Origin: Stegostoma tigrinum
Taxonomy: Eukaryota
Assembly (NCBI RefSeq): GCF_030684315.1
Contig: NC_081387.1
Coordinates: 26,964,647 to 27,028,646, forward strand
Reading direction: 5' to 3'
DNA: 64,000 nucleotides
Part shown: positions 10,903 through 23,169 of the stretch, piece after piece
Layout of the letters: the number at the start of each line of letters is the position of its first letter
How positions within the stretch are numbered: the stretch's first letter is position 1
Notes under the pieces: model-generated
Databases searched by the model: none
What the model was told of the DNA's origin: nothing
Seen by the model: only the letters and a program-made list of their open reading frames with translations
Program-made: the position numbers and the translations under genes

Positions 10903-11730
10903 TTGCAGAAGGATTTGTACAGGTTAGGAGATTGACCAAAGAAGACGCAGATGGAGTACCCTGGGGCAAGTGTGACGGCATGCACTTTGGTTAGAATAGA
11001 GGTATCGATTATTTTCTAAATGGTGAGAAAATTCAGAGTGTGAAGAGACTTGAGAGTTCTAGTCCAGGTTTCTCTCACGGTAAACTTGCGGGTTGAGTCA
11101 GTAGTTGGGAAGACAAATGCAACTTTGGCACTTATTTTGAGAGGATATAAGTATAAAAGCAGGGATGTACTTCTGAGGCTTTATAAGGCCCTGGTCAGGC
11201 CATATTTGGAGTATTGTGTGCAGCTTGAGGCCCCGTACCTCTGGAAAGATGTACTGGCCCTGGAGCGGGTTCAGGGGACAATCACAAGAATGGTCCCAGG
11301 AATGAAAAGCTTAACATGTGAGGAATATTTGAAGGCTCTAGGTCTATACTCGATGGAGTTTAGAAGAACGAGGGGCGATCTAATTGAAACTTACATAAGA
11401 CTGATTGGCCTGGACAGAGTGGACTTTGGGACATTTTTAGGAGAGACTAGGACCTGAGGGTACAGCTTTAGAATAAAGGGAAGACCTTTTAGAACGGAGG
11501 TAAGGAGATGCTTCTTCAGCCAGAGGGAGGTGAATCTATGGAATTAACTGCCACAGAAGTCTGCAGAGGCCAGGTCATTGAACATATTTAATCTTGATTG
11601 TCAAGGGGTTCAAGGATTATTGGGAGAAAGTGGGATATTGGGGTTGAGAGCTTATCAACCATGATTGAATGGTGGAGCTGACTCAATGGGCTGAATAGAC
11701 TAACTCCTGCTCCTACGTCTTACGGTCTAA
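10903..11730 (+). mobile_element. CR1-type LINE 3' fragment
   Basis: ORF 11050-11457 LYKALVRPYLEYCVQ..LERVQ is a typical CR1 ORF2 C-terminus, followed by a CR1-like 3' UTR. Confidence 0.85.
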
Positions 11731-12820
11731 CTCCAGTTTCCTCAATTTTCCCCAATAAGACAGCCCCACAATCCAAGAGATTAATCCGACGATGCTCTGT
11801 TGTTCTCCTATGATAAGGAAATCTTTCACATTAAGGAGACCAAAACTTTACACAATAGTCCAGGTGAGGTCTCGTCAAGGCTCTGTACAAATACAGCAAG
11901 ACATTTTTACTCCTGTACCCAAATTCTTTCAGAATAAATGCAGTAATACCATATGTCTTCCCAATTGCTTGTCGCACCTTCATTGTAGCTTTTAGTGACT
12001 CATGGTCAAGGACACCCAAGTTCATTTGGACATCAATGCTCACCATAGAGTCACAGAGCCATAGAGATCTACAGCACAGAAACAGACCCATCGGCCCACC
12101 TCATCCATGCTGACCAGATATCCTGAATTAATCTCGTCTTATTTGCCAGCCTTGACTCAAATCCCTCTAAACATTTCCTATTCATATGCCCAAACAAATG
12201 ACTTTTAAATGTTGTTATTGTACCAGCCTCCACCACTTCCTCTGGCACCTCAATGCATATTTGTCCACCACCTGAGTGAAACAGTTGCCCATTAGGTCCC
12301 TTTCAAATTGTTCCCTTCTCACCTTAAACCTATGACCTCTAGTTTTGGATTCCCTTACCCTGGGAAAAAGACCTTAGCTATTCACCCAATGCTTGCTTCT
12401 CATGATTTTATGAACCTTTATAAAGTCTTTTTGTTCAGCAACCTTACCATTTATTGTGTAAGTCCTGCCCTGATTTGTCCTACCAAAATGCATCACCTCA
12501 CATTTATCTAAATTAAACTCCAGGTGCCACTCCTCAGCCCATCTGCTGATCCAATCCAGGTCCAGTCGTACTGTGAGGTAAATTTCTTCACTATCTACTA
12601 CACTTCCTGCAAACTTACCAACCCTACCTCCATGTGATCTAACCTTGCTAGTCAGCCTACCATGCGGATCCTTATCAAATGCCTTGCTGAAGCTCAAATA
12701 GACATTATCCACTACCCTGCCTTTATCAATCATCTTTGTCACCTGTTCAAAGAACTCAAACAAGTTTGGGAGATTTTCCATGCACAAAGCAATGTTGACT
12801 ATCCCTAACTATTCCTTGCC
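11731..12820 (-). mobile_element. Adjacent CR1-type LINE fragments
   Basis: ORFs 11831-12091 (LYRALTRPHLDYCVKFWSP) and 12374-12787 (FSKAFDK.PHGRL, KCEVMHFGR). Confidence 0.8.
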
Positions 12821-12824
12821 GTTA

Positions 12825-13670
12825 AGGCTTTAGAGTAGATTTGTAGCTCGGGTTGTGGGTGTTGAGATTGGTTGGCTCACCCAGCTGGTTTCTTGTTTCG
12901 CAGATGTTTTGTTACCTTGCTAGGTAATCCTTAATGCTGCCTCAGATGAAGCATCGGTGTGTTTTCCCACCTGGTTTCTAAACTCTGGGGTCCGTTGAGA
13001 TGGATTGCCTCACTCCCGCTTTTCCTTGGTAGTGGAATGTATATGGGATCGAGTTCAATATGTTTATTAATAGCATGCTTCGTGGAGCGCTAGGCTTCTA
13101 GGAATTCTCGTGCCTTCTCTGCCAAGCCTGTCCCAGGATCTTGGTGTTGTCCCAGTTGAAATGGTGGTTCTCCTTGCCCATGTGGATTGAGATGACTGAG
13201 TATTAGTCGTGTCTTTTTGTAGCCAATTGGTGTTCAAGTTCTCTTGTTAGTTTTCTTCCTGTTTGCCCAATGTAGTGTTTCTCACAGTCTCTGCAGGTGA
13301 TCTTGTGCATAACATTGGTCCTGTCCATGGCAGACAGTGGGTGAGCAGTTGTTGTAGGGTTAATGTGGACTTGTGTATGCCACTCTGAAGCCCAGCAGTT
13401 GTTGGAATCTTGTGGTGAGTTCTGACGTGTCTCTGATATAGGGCAATCTGATGAGTGTGTCAGGGTGTGTAATCTTTCTCATGCTGTTCGTGTAGACATC
13501 TTCTAACCCAGTCCTTTGGATATCCATTATCCATGAATATCTGGAAGAGGTATTCTTCTTCCTTTTGACGTAGTTCCGCGTTGCTGCAGTGTGCTGTTGC
13601 CCTTTTAAATAGTGTTTGCGCACAGCTTCATTTGTGTGTGCTGGGATGCCTACTCTTGAAGTTCATGTAA
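12825..13670 (-). mobile_element. Penelope-like element fragment, second family (GIY-YIG endonuclease region)
   Basis: Minus strand translates to TNVMHKITCRDCEKHYIGQTGRKL and NHHFNWDNTKIL; ORF 13360-13623 contains LPYI. Confidence 0.75.
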
Positions 13671-13689
13671 ATCCATTCCATCACAATCA

Positions 13690-15230
13690 CCTCCAACAAC
13701 TAACCCATCTCTATCGTCTGGCTCACCAGTTTATAATTCCCTGGCTTTTCCTTACCACCTTTCTTCAATAATGCCACCACATTAGCCACCCTCCAGTTTT
13801 CCAGCACCTTGGGCGTGGCTGTCAATGATACAAATATCTCAACGAGGGGCCCAGCAATATTTTTCCTAGCCTCCCACAAAGTTCTGGAGTAAATCTGATC
13901 AGCTCCCAAAGATTTATCCACCTTTAGTGTTTTAAAACTCCCAGCGCCTCCTTCTCTGTAATATGGATACTTTCCAAGATATCGCTATTATTTCCCCAAT
14001 TTCTCTCACTTTCATATCCTTCTCCATAGGAAACACTAATGGAAACACTTGTTTAGTGCTTCAACTATCTCCTGCATTTCCACACATACATGGCCTGGCT
14101 GATCTTTAACGGGCTCTGTCCTCTCCCTAGTTACTCTTTTGTCCTTAATGCGTTTATAGAATCTCTTTGGATTCTCCCTAACCTTACTTGCCACACCAGT
14201 TAACAAACATTTCACACTTCTGTGTTTTTTATCCTACTGAAGTGGATAAATTTACAGTCTTACACAATGTTTCGTGTGTCATCCTGTCCGATCATTTAAC
14301 AAGACAAAATCTCCCAAAACGTCCATTGATCGTCTTCACAATTCACACTTTCATCTAAGTTTTGCGCCAACACAAAATGTGGAAATACTATACTTGATTT
14401 CCAAATCTGAATCATTAAGATGGACTGCAGTTATGGATCTAGCACTGGTCCCACAATTTAAATTATAGAGTCATGGTCACATAGTCATACAACACGGAAG
14501 CAGACTCTTCGTTCCAACCAGTCCATGCTGACCATCATCCCAAGCCAAACTAGTCTCACCTGCCTGCACTTGGCCCATATCCCTCCAAACCATTCTCATT
14601 CATATACTTGTCAAAATGTTCCACCATAGAAATTGTACCCACATCCAATGCTTCCTCTGGAAGATCATTCCACACATGAACTACTCTCTGTTTTAAAACA
14701 AAAATGCCTCTCATATCTTTTTGAAGTCTTTCTCTCTCACCTTAAAAATATGCCCCTAATCTTGAAATCCCATCCTAGGGAAAAGACACTTGCCATTCAC
14801 CTTATCCTTAACTCATGATTTTTTTAAATATCCAGAAGATCACCCCTCCAGTGGAAAACATTCTAGTCTATCCAGCATCACCTTGTAACTCAAATCCTCC
14901 ATACCCAGCAACATCCTGGTAAATCTCTTCTGAACCCTTTCCAGCTTAATAATATCCTAGCTATTACTGGGCAACTAGAGCTGGACGCAGTACTCCAGAA
15001 CAGGTCTCACCAATGTGCAGTAAAACCTCAACATAACACCCTAACTGCTATACTCAACGGTCTGAGCAATGAAGCCAAGCATGCCTTTTTCACCATCCTG
15101 TCTACATGTGGCACGGATTTCAAAGAATTATGTACCTGTTCCACAACACCACCAAAGACTGTACTTTATTACCTTTATTTTTATATAAGTCCTGCCTTTG
15201 TAATATCCTGTCATTATCAGAATGTTCCAT
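13690..15230 (-). mobile_element. CR1-type LINE fragments
   Basis: ORF 13700-13921 (WRVANVV.L.KKGGKEKPGNY) plus CR1 3' sequence at 14465-15230. Confidence 0.7.
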
Positions 15231-15244
15231 GTATTCAGGCTTAG

Positions 15245-16890
15245 TGCTCTCTGCTTCTTCCTGGAGTATCCCCACCCACCACCACCCTCCTCCGCTTGGC
15301 CGAGCTTGTCTTCACCCTCAACAACTTCTCTTTTAACTCGTCTCATTTTCGTCAGGTCAGAGGGGTGGCTATAGTTACCCGCATAGGCCCAGTTACGCCT
15401 GTCTCTTCATGGGGTACCTGAAACATTCCTTGTTCGAGCCCTTTTCCAGATCCCACCCAAACTCTCTTCCGATACATTGATGATATCATTGGGGCTGCTT
15501 CCCTCCTTCATCTGTAATTGGAAAACTTCATCAATTTTGCTTCCAATTTCCACCCTGCCCTCACTTCCACATGGTCTGTCTCTGACTGCTCCCTTCCCTT
15601 CCTCAATATTTCTGTTTCCATTTCTGGGGATAGACTGGCCACTAATATCCATTACAAACCCATCGACTCCCACAGACCTGGACCATACATCCTCACACCC
15701 CACTTCCTGTAAAGATTCCATCCCATTCTCTCAGTTCTTCTGTCTCTGTCGCATATGTTCAGATGAGGCCAAATTCTACAAGGGAGCCTCCGAAATGCCC
15801 ATCTTCTTCCTCAACTGAGAATTCCCCAGCTCCATTGTTGACAGGGCCCTCAACCAGGCCCAACCCATCTCCCAAACTTCCACTCTCACCCCTTCTCTTC
15901 CCTAGCGCAACAGCAATAGGGTTCCTCTTGTCTTTACCTACTATCCCATCAACATCCACATCCAGGTGATCATCAGATACTATTTCTGCCACCTCCAGCA
16001 AGATGCCACCACCAGACACATATTCCCCTCCCCTCCCTTGTCCACCTTCCTCAGGGACCGTTCCCTCTGGGACACACTGGCCCCACTTCCTTCATCTCCA
16101 ACAACTCCGCAGCCCCCGCCACCCTGCCACTCACCCCTCTGGTACATTCCCCTGTAACTGGCAACACCTGCCCATTTACCCCCTCCATCCCCAATATCCA
16201 AGGACCGAAGCTCACCTTCCAGGTGAAGCAACACTTCACCCACACTTCCCAGAATCTAGTCTCCTGCATTTGCTGCTCACAATGTCGTCTCCTCTATATT
16301 GGGGAAATGAACCATAGACTAGGCAACTGCTTCACAGAACATCTACATTCTGCTCGCAAAAATCACCCTGAACTTCCAGTCGCCTGCAACTTTCAGGCAC
16401 CACCCTGTTCCCTGGCCAACATCTCTGTCTCAGGCCTGCTGCATTGTTCCAGTGAATCTCAGTGCAAGCTGGAAGAACAACACCTCATTTTCTGCTGGGC
16501 ACCCTGAAGCCCTCCGGCCTCAATATCGAGTTTAATAATTTTAGGGCCTAAACTATCCCATGTCCCAGCCCCCAGCCCACCTGCCAGGCCTGGTTACCAC
16601 ATAGCCTGCCATTACACACCCCCTTTTTGTTAGTCAGTAATAGTCCCCATTAACAGCACTCCCAGCCTGATTGTTATCAACTCTCTGTCTGTCCAACACT
16701 CTTCTCTCTCTTTAGGCACCATCCTATGATTTACTCCCTACACGTCCCCTTTTTTCTGCATAGAAGCTGACGTTTTCCCAGCCACTATCAGTTCTGAGGA
16801 AGGGTCACCTGACCCCAAACATTAACTCTTTTTTTCTTCACAGATGCTGCCAGACCTGCTGAGCTTTTCCAGCAACTTTGTTTTTGTTCC
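15245..16890 (+). mobile_element. Penelope-like retroelement, truncated and frameshifted (RT, GIY-YIG, terminal repeat)
   Basis: LFRYIDDI RT motif near 15463, SIPFSQF motif, ORF 16223-16507 CICCSQCRLLYIGE..RL...F.EH, and a degenerate hammerhead at 16794-16830. Confidence 0.85.
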
Positions 16891-18279
16891 TGTGTATGTA
16901 TTCAGGCTGTCTGCCTTTTTTTTTCAGTCTTTTAGCTGTTATCAACCTACACCAGTGTATTGCCAGCAAATAATCTCACACGCTTTAATTTTATTTACTA
17001 ATTTTCCGTTTGGCACTTCATCAAAAATCTTCTGAAAATCCAAGCACACTATTTCCACTACTTTTTCTTGTCTACACTACAAGTTGTATCCTTTAAAAAA
17101 ACGCTCTGACAAAGTTGATTTCCATTTTGAGATTCTGTGCTGACTCCCCTTAATCCTACCATTACTTGATTAGTTAGCTTGTCAGCTTTTGTGCTCCTGA
17201 GGTGCTGCTTGGCCTGCTGTGTTCATTCAGCTTCACATTTTGTTGTCTTGGATTCTCCAGCATCTGCAGTTCCCATTATCTCTGATGCAAGCCTAATGGC
17301 TCTGTAGATTCCCATTCACTTTTCTCTCCCTTTTTCTTAAATAGTGGGGTGACCGTTGCTATCTGCTAATCTACAGATATCTTTCGTGAATCTGTAAAAA
17401 TTTGAAAGGTGATGATCAATGCTTTCCCTGCAGCCACTTCCTTCAACACTCGGAAGTGTATATCTTTCAGGCCCAGCATATTTATCAACTTTCAGTCCCA
17501 TTATTTTCTCCAATCTTACTTTTTTAGTAATACATTGGAGTTGTGGTGACATACCAGAAATGTCACTGGACTGATAATGCAGAATCTCAAGCCAAATCAG
17601 ACTGTGGCAGGTAGTGAAATTCAAGATCAGTTATGAAAAGAAATAATTCTGGAGCTAAAAACTGGCTTGATGGTGACTATGTAACTGATTGATCGTTGTA
17701 AAAACCATCAGATTTACTACTACCCTTTAGGAGAAGAAATCCACTGTCGAGTCTTGGCATAGCCTCCACTTGACTCCAGCTCTATAGCAATGTGGTTGAT
17801 ACTGAACTTTCCTCTGAAATGCCCCAGACAGCTAGACAATTCAAGTGCCAGAAATGCTGGCCTTTCCAGTGACACCCATACAAAATAAAATCTTTTCTTC
17901 CTCTTTCTCATCAGCGTATCCTTGATTCTCACCGACTTCTAGAAAATATATTTTATTTACTTGTTTCACCATAAATGGGATGAAATATGTGCTTAATTCC
18001 TCTGACATTTAGTTGCTACCCATTATAAATTCTCCTTCTCTGCCTATAATGGACTTCCAAATGTCTTTACAAATCTTTTTTTCTTTTTTTTACAGGCAAA
18101 AAGAAGCTGCTATGCTACATGTTTTACATATGTCTCACTTATTTACTTCCATATTTTATTTTCCTAATTTCTATTCAGTTTCTTTGGCCCTGCATCGTTG
18201 AATTCTGTTTTGCTCTCAACTCTCAGGCTTACTGCATCCAAGAAATAGTGAGAATGAAATAGGATATTTGCAGAAAGCA

Positions 18280-19230
18280 GGATGTGAGGAGGAGAAAGGA
18301 GTTATTTAACAGCTTGGCAATCTGTGATAAGTAAGGTTCCAACAGGGATCAATGCTGGGACCTTAACTATTCACAATATATGTTAAGGTAGTCAACGTCC
18401 TACAGAAATTAATGTGTGGAAAGGCAAGTTGCAAGAGATACAGTTTATAGAAAGCTACTAATAGGTTAAGTAAGTAGACAAAATGTTTGCAAATGGAATA
18501 CAAGTGTGAAGTTGTTCATTTAGGAAGGGAGACAAAATAACGTATAATATTATTTTTAAAACTGCAGAAAGCTGAAGCGCAAACAGTCTTGAGGATAACT
18601 TGTGAAAGAAACATAGAAAAATCGCACAGTGCAGCAGGCAATTTGGAAGTCGAAAGGAATGTGTCTCTTAGGTCAAAACACTTGGAGTACAAGAGTAGGG
18701 AAGTCTTACTGAACTGTACAAGACGCTGGTGAGATCAAATGTGGAGTTCTATGATCAGCTTTGGTCCACTTCTTGAAGGTATAATTTCATTGAAGACAGT
18801 CAGGGAAAGTTCACAACGATGCTTCCTGACATGGATGGATTGCCTTGCCAGCAAAGGTTGCGTCTCTGAGATAATGGGAACTGCAGATGCTGGAGAATTC
18901 CAAGATAATAAAATGTGAGGCTGGATGAACACAGCAGGCCAAGCAGCATCTCATGTGCTCCTGAGATGCTGCTTGGCCTGCTGTGTTCATCCAGCCTCAC
19001 ATTTTATTATCAAGGTTGCGTCTCTACTCACTGCAGTTTAGAAGAATGAGGGATGATCTCTTTAAAACATATAGGATTCTTAAAGGGCTTGACAGGGTAA
19101 ATGTTGATAGGATGTTTTCCCTTTAGGAGAGTCGAGGACGAAAGGGCATATTGGGCGTGAGAAATGTCGGATCAGCCGTGCTCACTCTCCAGGGGCCGAA
19201 CGGCCTACTCATGTTCCAACTTCTTATGGC
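18280..19230 (+). mobile_element. Degenerate CR1-type LINE fragment, interrupted by the 18868-19011 insertion
   Basis: VPTGINAG, LYKTLVRS and GGGCCGAACGGCCTACTC 3' end resemble the other CR1 copies. Confidence 0.7.
18868..19011. mobile_element. Young 144-bp Penelope-derived hairpin insertion with 14-bp TSD
   Basis: Perfect 50-bp inverted repeat (18904-18953 and 18962-19011, 8-nt loop). AAGGTTGCGTCTCT is duplicated at 18854-18867 and 19012-19025. Confidence 0.85.
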
Positions 19231-19322
19231 TGTTTCGTGTAGTCGATGTAACCACAAGAGTCAGTAGTTTATAAAATTCAGGAGTTCAGTTTCGAATAAC
19301 TATAATGATGGAATGTAATGAT

Positions 19323-19482
19323 ATGCTAATGAAGGATGGACGATAGGACTGTTCCCATTGGCTAAAATAAGACGCTGGATTGTTTCGTCTTGCGTCGTGA
19401 AAGAAGAACCAATCGGAAACAAAGGGTTGTAAATCAACCAATACAAAACTGCAGCAGTCTAATCCCGGCAGAAGATATAAAA
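19323..19482 (+). promoter_or_regulatory. H2A promoter
   Basis: TATAAAA 19476-19482, CCAAT at 19409 and 19438, inverted CCAAT at 19357-19361, octamer-like ATGCTAAT at 19323-19330. Confidence 0.75.
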
Positions 19483-19530
19483 GGGAAGAACGGCAGCCGT
19501 GGCTACCTAATTAGAGCTTTATTTGTCAGA

Positions 19531-19920
19531 ATGTCAGGTCGTGGAAAAACTGGAGGGAAAGGCCGTGCTAAGGCCAAGACCCGCTCCTCCCGAGCTGGTC
19601 TCCAATTCCCGGTCGGTCGTATCCACCGCCTGTTGCGTAAAGGACACTATGCGGAGCGGGTCGGAGCTGGAGCCCCTGTTTATCTGGCTGCCGTCCTCGA
19701 GTACCTGACCGCCGAGATCCTCGAGTTGGCTGGTAACGCGGCCCGGGATAACAAGAAAACTCGTATTATTCCGCGCCACCTGCAGCTGGCCATCCGCAAC
19801 GACGAGGAGCTCAACAAGCTGTTGGGAGGGGTTACCATCGCCCAGGGCGGCGTCTTGCCCAACATTCAGGCCGTGCTGCTTCCCAAGAAAACGGGCCACC
19901 CCAGCAAAGTTTACGCCTGA
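19531..19920 (+). CDS. H2A: Histone H2A (129 aa), stem-loop type
   Basis: [30 protein letters not shown]...[15 protein letters not shown]. The true ATG is at 19531; the ORF-track start at 19390 lies upstream of the TATA box. Confidence 0.97.
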   Translation: MSGRGKTGGKGRAKAKTRSSRAGLQFPVGRIHRLLRKGHYAERVGAGAPVYLAAVLEYLTAEILELAGNAARDNKKTRIIPRHLQLAIRNDEELNKLLGGVTIAQGGVLPNIQAVLLPKKTGHPSKVYA

Positions 19921-19968
19921 AGAAGACGCGGGATAAAGGAAAAATCAGAAGTTACAACACCCAACAAA

Positions 19969-20008
19969 GGCTCTTTTCAGAGCCGCCTACTTTTTCTGCA
20001 AGAGCTTT
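19969..20008 (+). terminator. Histone 3' stem-loop plus HDE (H2A)
   Basis: CAAA-GGCTCTTTTCAGAGCC at 19969-19984 and AAGAGCTTT at 20000-20008. Confidence 0.93.
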
Positions 20009-20826
20009 AACTGAATTGTCTAACAAGATTTGAGCAAGTTTCTTCCAGAATCTGATGAACGTTTTTCCGAGATACGATATTTGAAAGACATTTTCCAAAT
20101 CACTGGATGTGGTTGTCTTAAACGCAATAATTGCTGCAGGGTGCTGTGTGTTTCGCGTTCTTTCAACTATAACGATATGAATTCAGGGCCAGTGTTGAGT
20201 TATAAAGCGACTTGTCAAAAAAAGTTATCAAGTATAATGAATAAAATTTAAGGATCTAGCAAGAAAACATGCGTTACTCTGTGTTCTTTCAAAGGAGCTT
20301 TGTTTGGAGTCCGAGTGGACATTTCAAAATCGATTTTAATCTCATCATAACCTTTCTACAGCAACTGTGACCGAATTTCTCTCAGACTTTTTTTACGATT
20401 TCCAATCTCTAAACTGTAGTCCACTATATTTCATAGAATAGTTTATTCGTGTCTTCGAATAGGTTCTCATTGGTTACAAACAACAAGGAGTTTACCCCCG
20501 ATTGAAGTGGGAGAGTTCCAGTTCAGGTTAATCGTTTTTTAAGGCAGGAGAAACTTAGTACGATATGAAACAAAGATAATGGGAACTGCAGATGCTGGAG
20601 AATCCAAGACAACAAAGTGTGAGGCTGTACTTGGTTCGGATGTCCCGCTCCCGCAGTACTTAGTTTTATTTCAGTGTATGATGTGCTTTATCTGGTAATT
20701 GGTTTTTCTAACGGGGGATGTAGAAACGAAAGAGAGCGGGGCGATTGATATTTAAACGGTTAAAACCGTTGGATCGTGCTGAGAATTTAAAAATTCAAGT
20801 CTCGCGCAATGAGACAGTTTCAGGCA

Positions 20827-21043
20827 ATTTGCATAAGAACGGCCTAAAACGGCTCAGCTCCGACCCAAAAACAACCAATCACAAGCTGGAATACCATCCA
20901 ATGAATGCGCTTCCTCGCCGACCAATCGGAGCATGGAACTCTCAACATATCAGGAGGCTGCTTTCCCCACTAGCCAATGGGAAAGAGCCTGATTTCGCGC
21001 GGGTTTTAGAGAAACGCGTTGAGGGGAGAGAGGAAGCGCCAAT
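20827..21043 (+). promoter_or_regulatory. Orphan promoter-like motif cluster
   Basis: Octamer ATTTGCAT at 20827, CCAAT at 20875, 20898, 20922, 20974 and 21039, E2F-type TTTCGCGC at 20993. No recognisable gene adjacent. Confidence 0.45.
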
Positions 21044-22380
21044 AAATGGAGAGACCCTGAAAGTACTGAGGCCCTATTCGTCTCACATGCGCATCAGGAT
21101 TCACGTTAACAGAGAAATGCAAAAGCGATTCAACAATAAAAACAGGTTAAAACAAAACAACACAACCCGTAAAATTTACAGCAATGACCATACAAGACAA
21201 CCTGTTGATGTTACATTAACAGCAACTGCACTGCCCTGTGGTATCCCTAGTTTAGAATCGCGGCAGAAGAAAGTGGGCTATTCGGCCCATCGCGCGGGTG
21301 CCATCATCTGCTCGAAAGAACATTTGGTACTTTCTCACCCATTATGTCAGATCGACCGCTGAAGTCCCATGTGGAGAAAGCTAAATTGCACCTGCCTCCA
21401 ACGCAGTCTCAGGCACCAACATCCTATGTTCATTCTCATTTCATCATTCAAGGTGGGATGGAGGGGGGAGTAGGAGGGAGGTAGCTTCACTCTGTCCTTT
21501 TGCCTCAGTTTTAACATGGCCTTGTTTTGCAAAGGAACACTAGAATCAAAGCATTCTGCGCTTCTTAGATATCAGCCAGCCATAGAGTCATACAGCACAG
21601 AAGCTTCAGTACAACCAGTCGATGTTGAACATCATCCCAAACTAAACAAGCCCCACCTGCCTGTGCTTGGCCCATATCTCTCCAAACCTTCCCTATTCAT
21701 GAAATTATCTAAATGTTTTTTAAACATTGTAACTGTATTCACATCCACCATTCTTTCTGGCTTACTTTGAATATCTATCTAATTCTCCTTTGAAATCCAT
21801 CATTGAATTTTCTTCCACCATAATTTCAGACATCACTGGGTAACTAAAAGTGGAATAATATTTTATGTTACTGGTGGTGTAATCCCTTCCTTTGCCAGTT
21901 ACTTTACAGTATTGACATGTTTTGGTTAGGGAGACACACACATTCTGGTCCTTCTTCTTATCACAACCTTCAGAACTTGAAAACATAAGATTTTAAAGTA
22001 ATAGCCTGGATTTATTGTGTCTACACCCACCTTGTGTTCTCTGATTGAACAGGTTGCGTTAACTGAGTTTGAATTGATAGATCACATTTCTGTTTGATTG
22101 TGTCCTGGAACTTAATCTGAACTTGGGCATCATGCTCTGTCTCGCATTTGAACTTTGATTGAAATTCCAATAAGACTTTCCCAACAATTGACCCTTAACA
22201 TTCCATAGTGTTACCATCACCGAATCCCTTCTTATCAACATCCTTGAGGGTTACCATAGACCAAAAACCCAACTGGATTCACCACATAAACACAGCGGCT
22301 AAAAGAGCAGGTCAGAGGCTGGGAATCCTGTGGTGAATAGCTCACCTCCTGACTCCCCAAAGCCTGTCCCACCATCTACA

Positions 22381-22626
22381 GGGCTGGAACTCCCGGCCTC
22401 AGTGCGGGCTCAAACTTCCAGCCTCAGCGCGGCCTCAAACTCCCAGCCTCAGCGCGGGCTTAAACCTCCGGCCTCAGCACGGGCTCTTACTCCCGGCCTC
22501 AGCACAGGATCGAACTCCCGGCCTCAGCGCGGGATCGAACTCCCAGCCTCAGCGTGGCCTTGAACTCGCGGCCTCATCGTGGACTCGAACCCTCGGCCTC
22601 AGCGCGGACTCGAACTCCCGGCCTCG
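22381..22626. repeat. 25-bp minisatellite, about 10 copies
   Basis: Consensus GGGCTCGAACTCCCGGCCTCAGCGC in exact 25-nt register, starting directly after a LINE fragment (22240-22380). Confidence 0.9.
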
Positions 22627-23169
22627 AGGAGATGCCTGATGTGTTCTGGGCTATTCCAAACTCCTATTTCTCTATTTTTCTAATTTATTGCTGGACTTCT
22701 TATTTATTTATTTTCTTTATTTTTTAATTCCCCTAAGCATTTGTAGTTAAGAATCTGCACCTAGATATCTTGATACCTGAGGTAAGTGGTAACTTGTAAA
22801 CTTTGAACTGTATTCATGCAAGTACATGTGACAATAAAGCTAATTCTCGTATCACTGCACCACAAGAGCCCTAACCAGGGAGACAGCTCATTGCTAAATA
22901 CCAGTAATGTGTTCACTGCAAAGTGGTGTTGACCATCACAGATTGGCTCAGTGTTTTTGAGTTGTTGGGCAACATGCAGTTCACAGCCTGTATCATTAAA
23001 TGTAGACAGAAGAACAAATATTCAATACAGGATGATCTGGAGAACTGCATATCTTAGCAATAGAATGAATGATGGGAACCACAGCCTGTAGTTACATTTT
23101 AAAAATTCCAGAGTTGACCAGATTGATCCCTGGAAGGAGGGAGTGCACTAATTCCTGCAGTGCCATGAC

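Noticed and set aside
19390-19530. N-terminal extensions of H2A (also H4 29666-29689 and gene D 32748-32873)
   Set aside because: Non-ATG starts in promoter or leader sequence; the canonical ATGs lie downstream.
20745-21362. 205-aa ORF as a protein gene
   Set aside because: Non-ATG start, no recognisable domain and no 3' signal; better explained as promoter-like DNA.
22381-22626. CRISPR array or Alu contamination
   Set aside because: No unique spacers, eukaryotic context, and only a short B-box-like match with no other Alu sequence.
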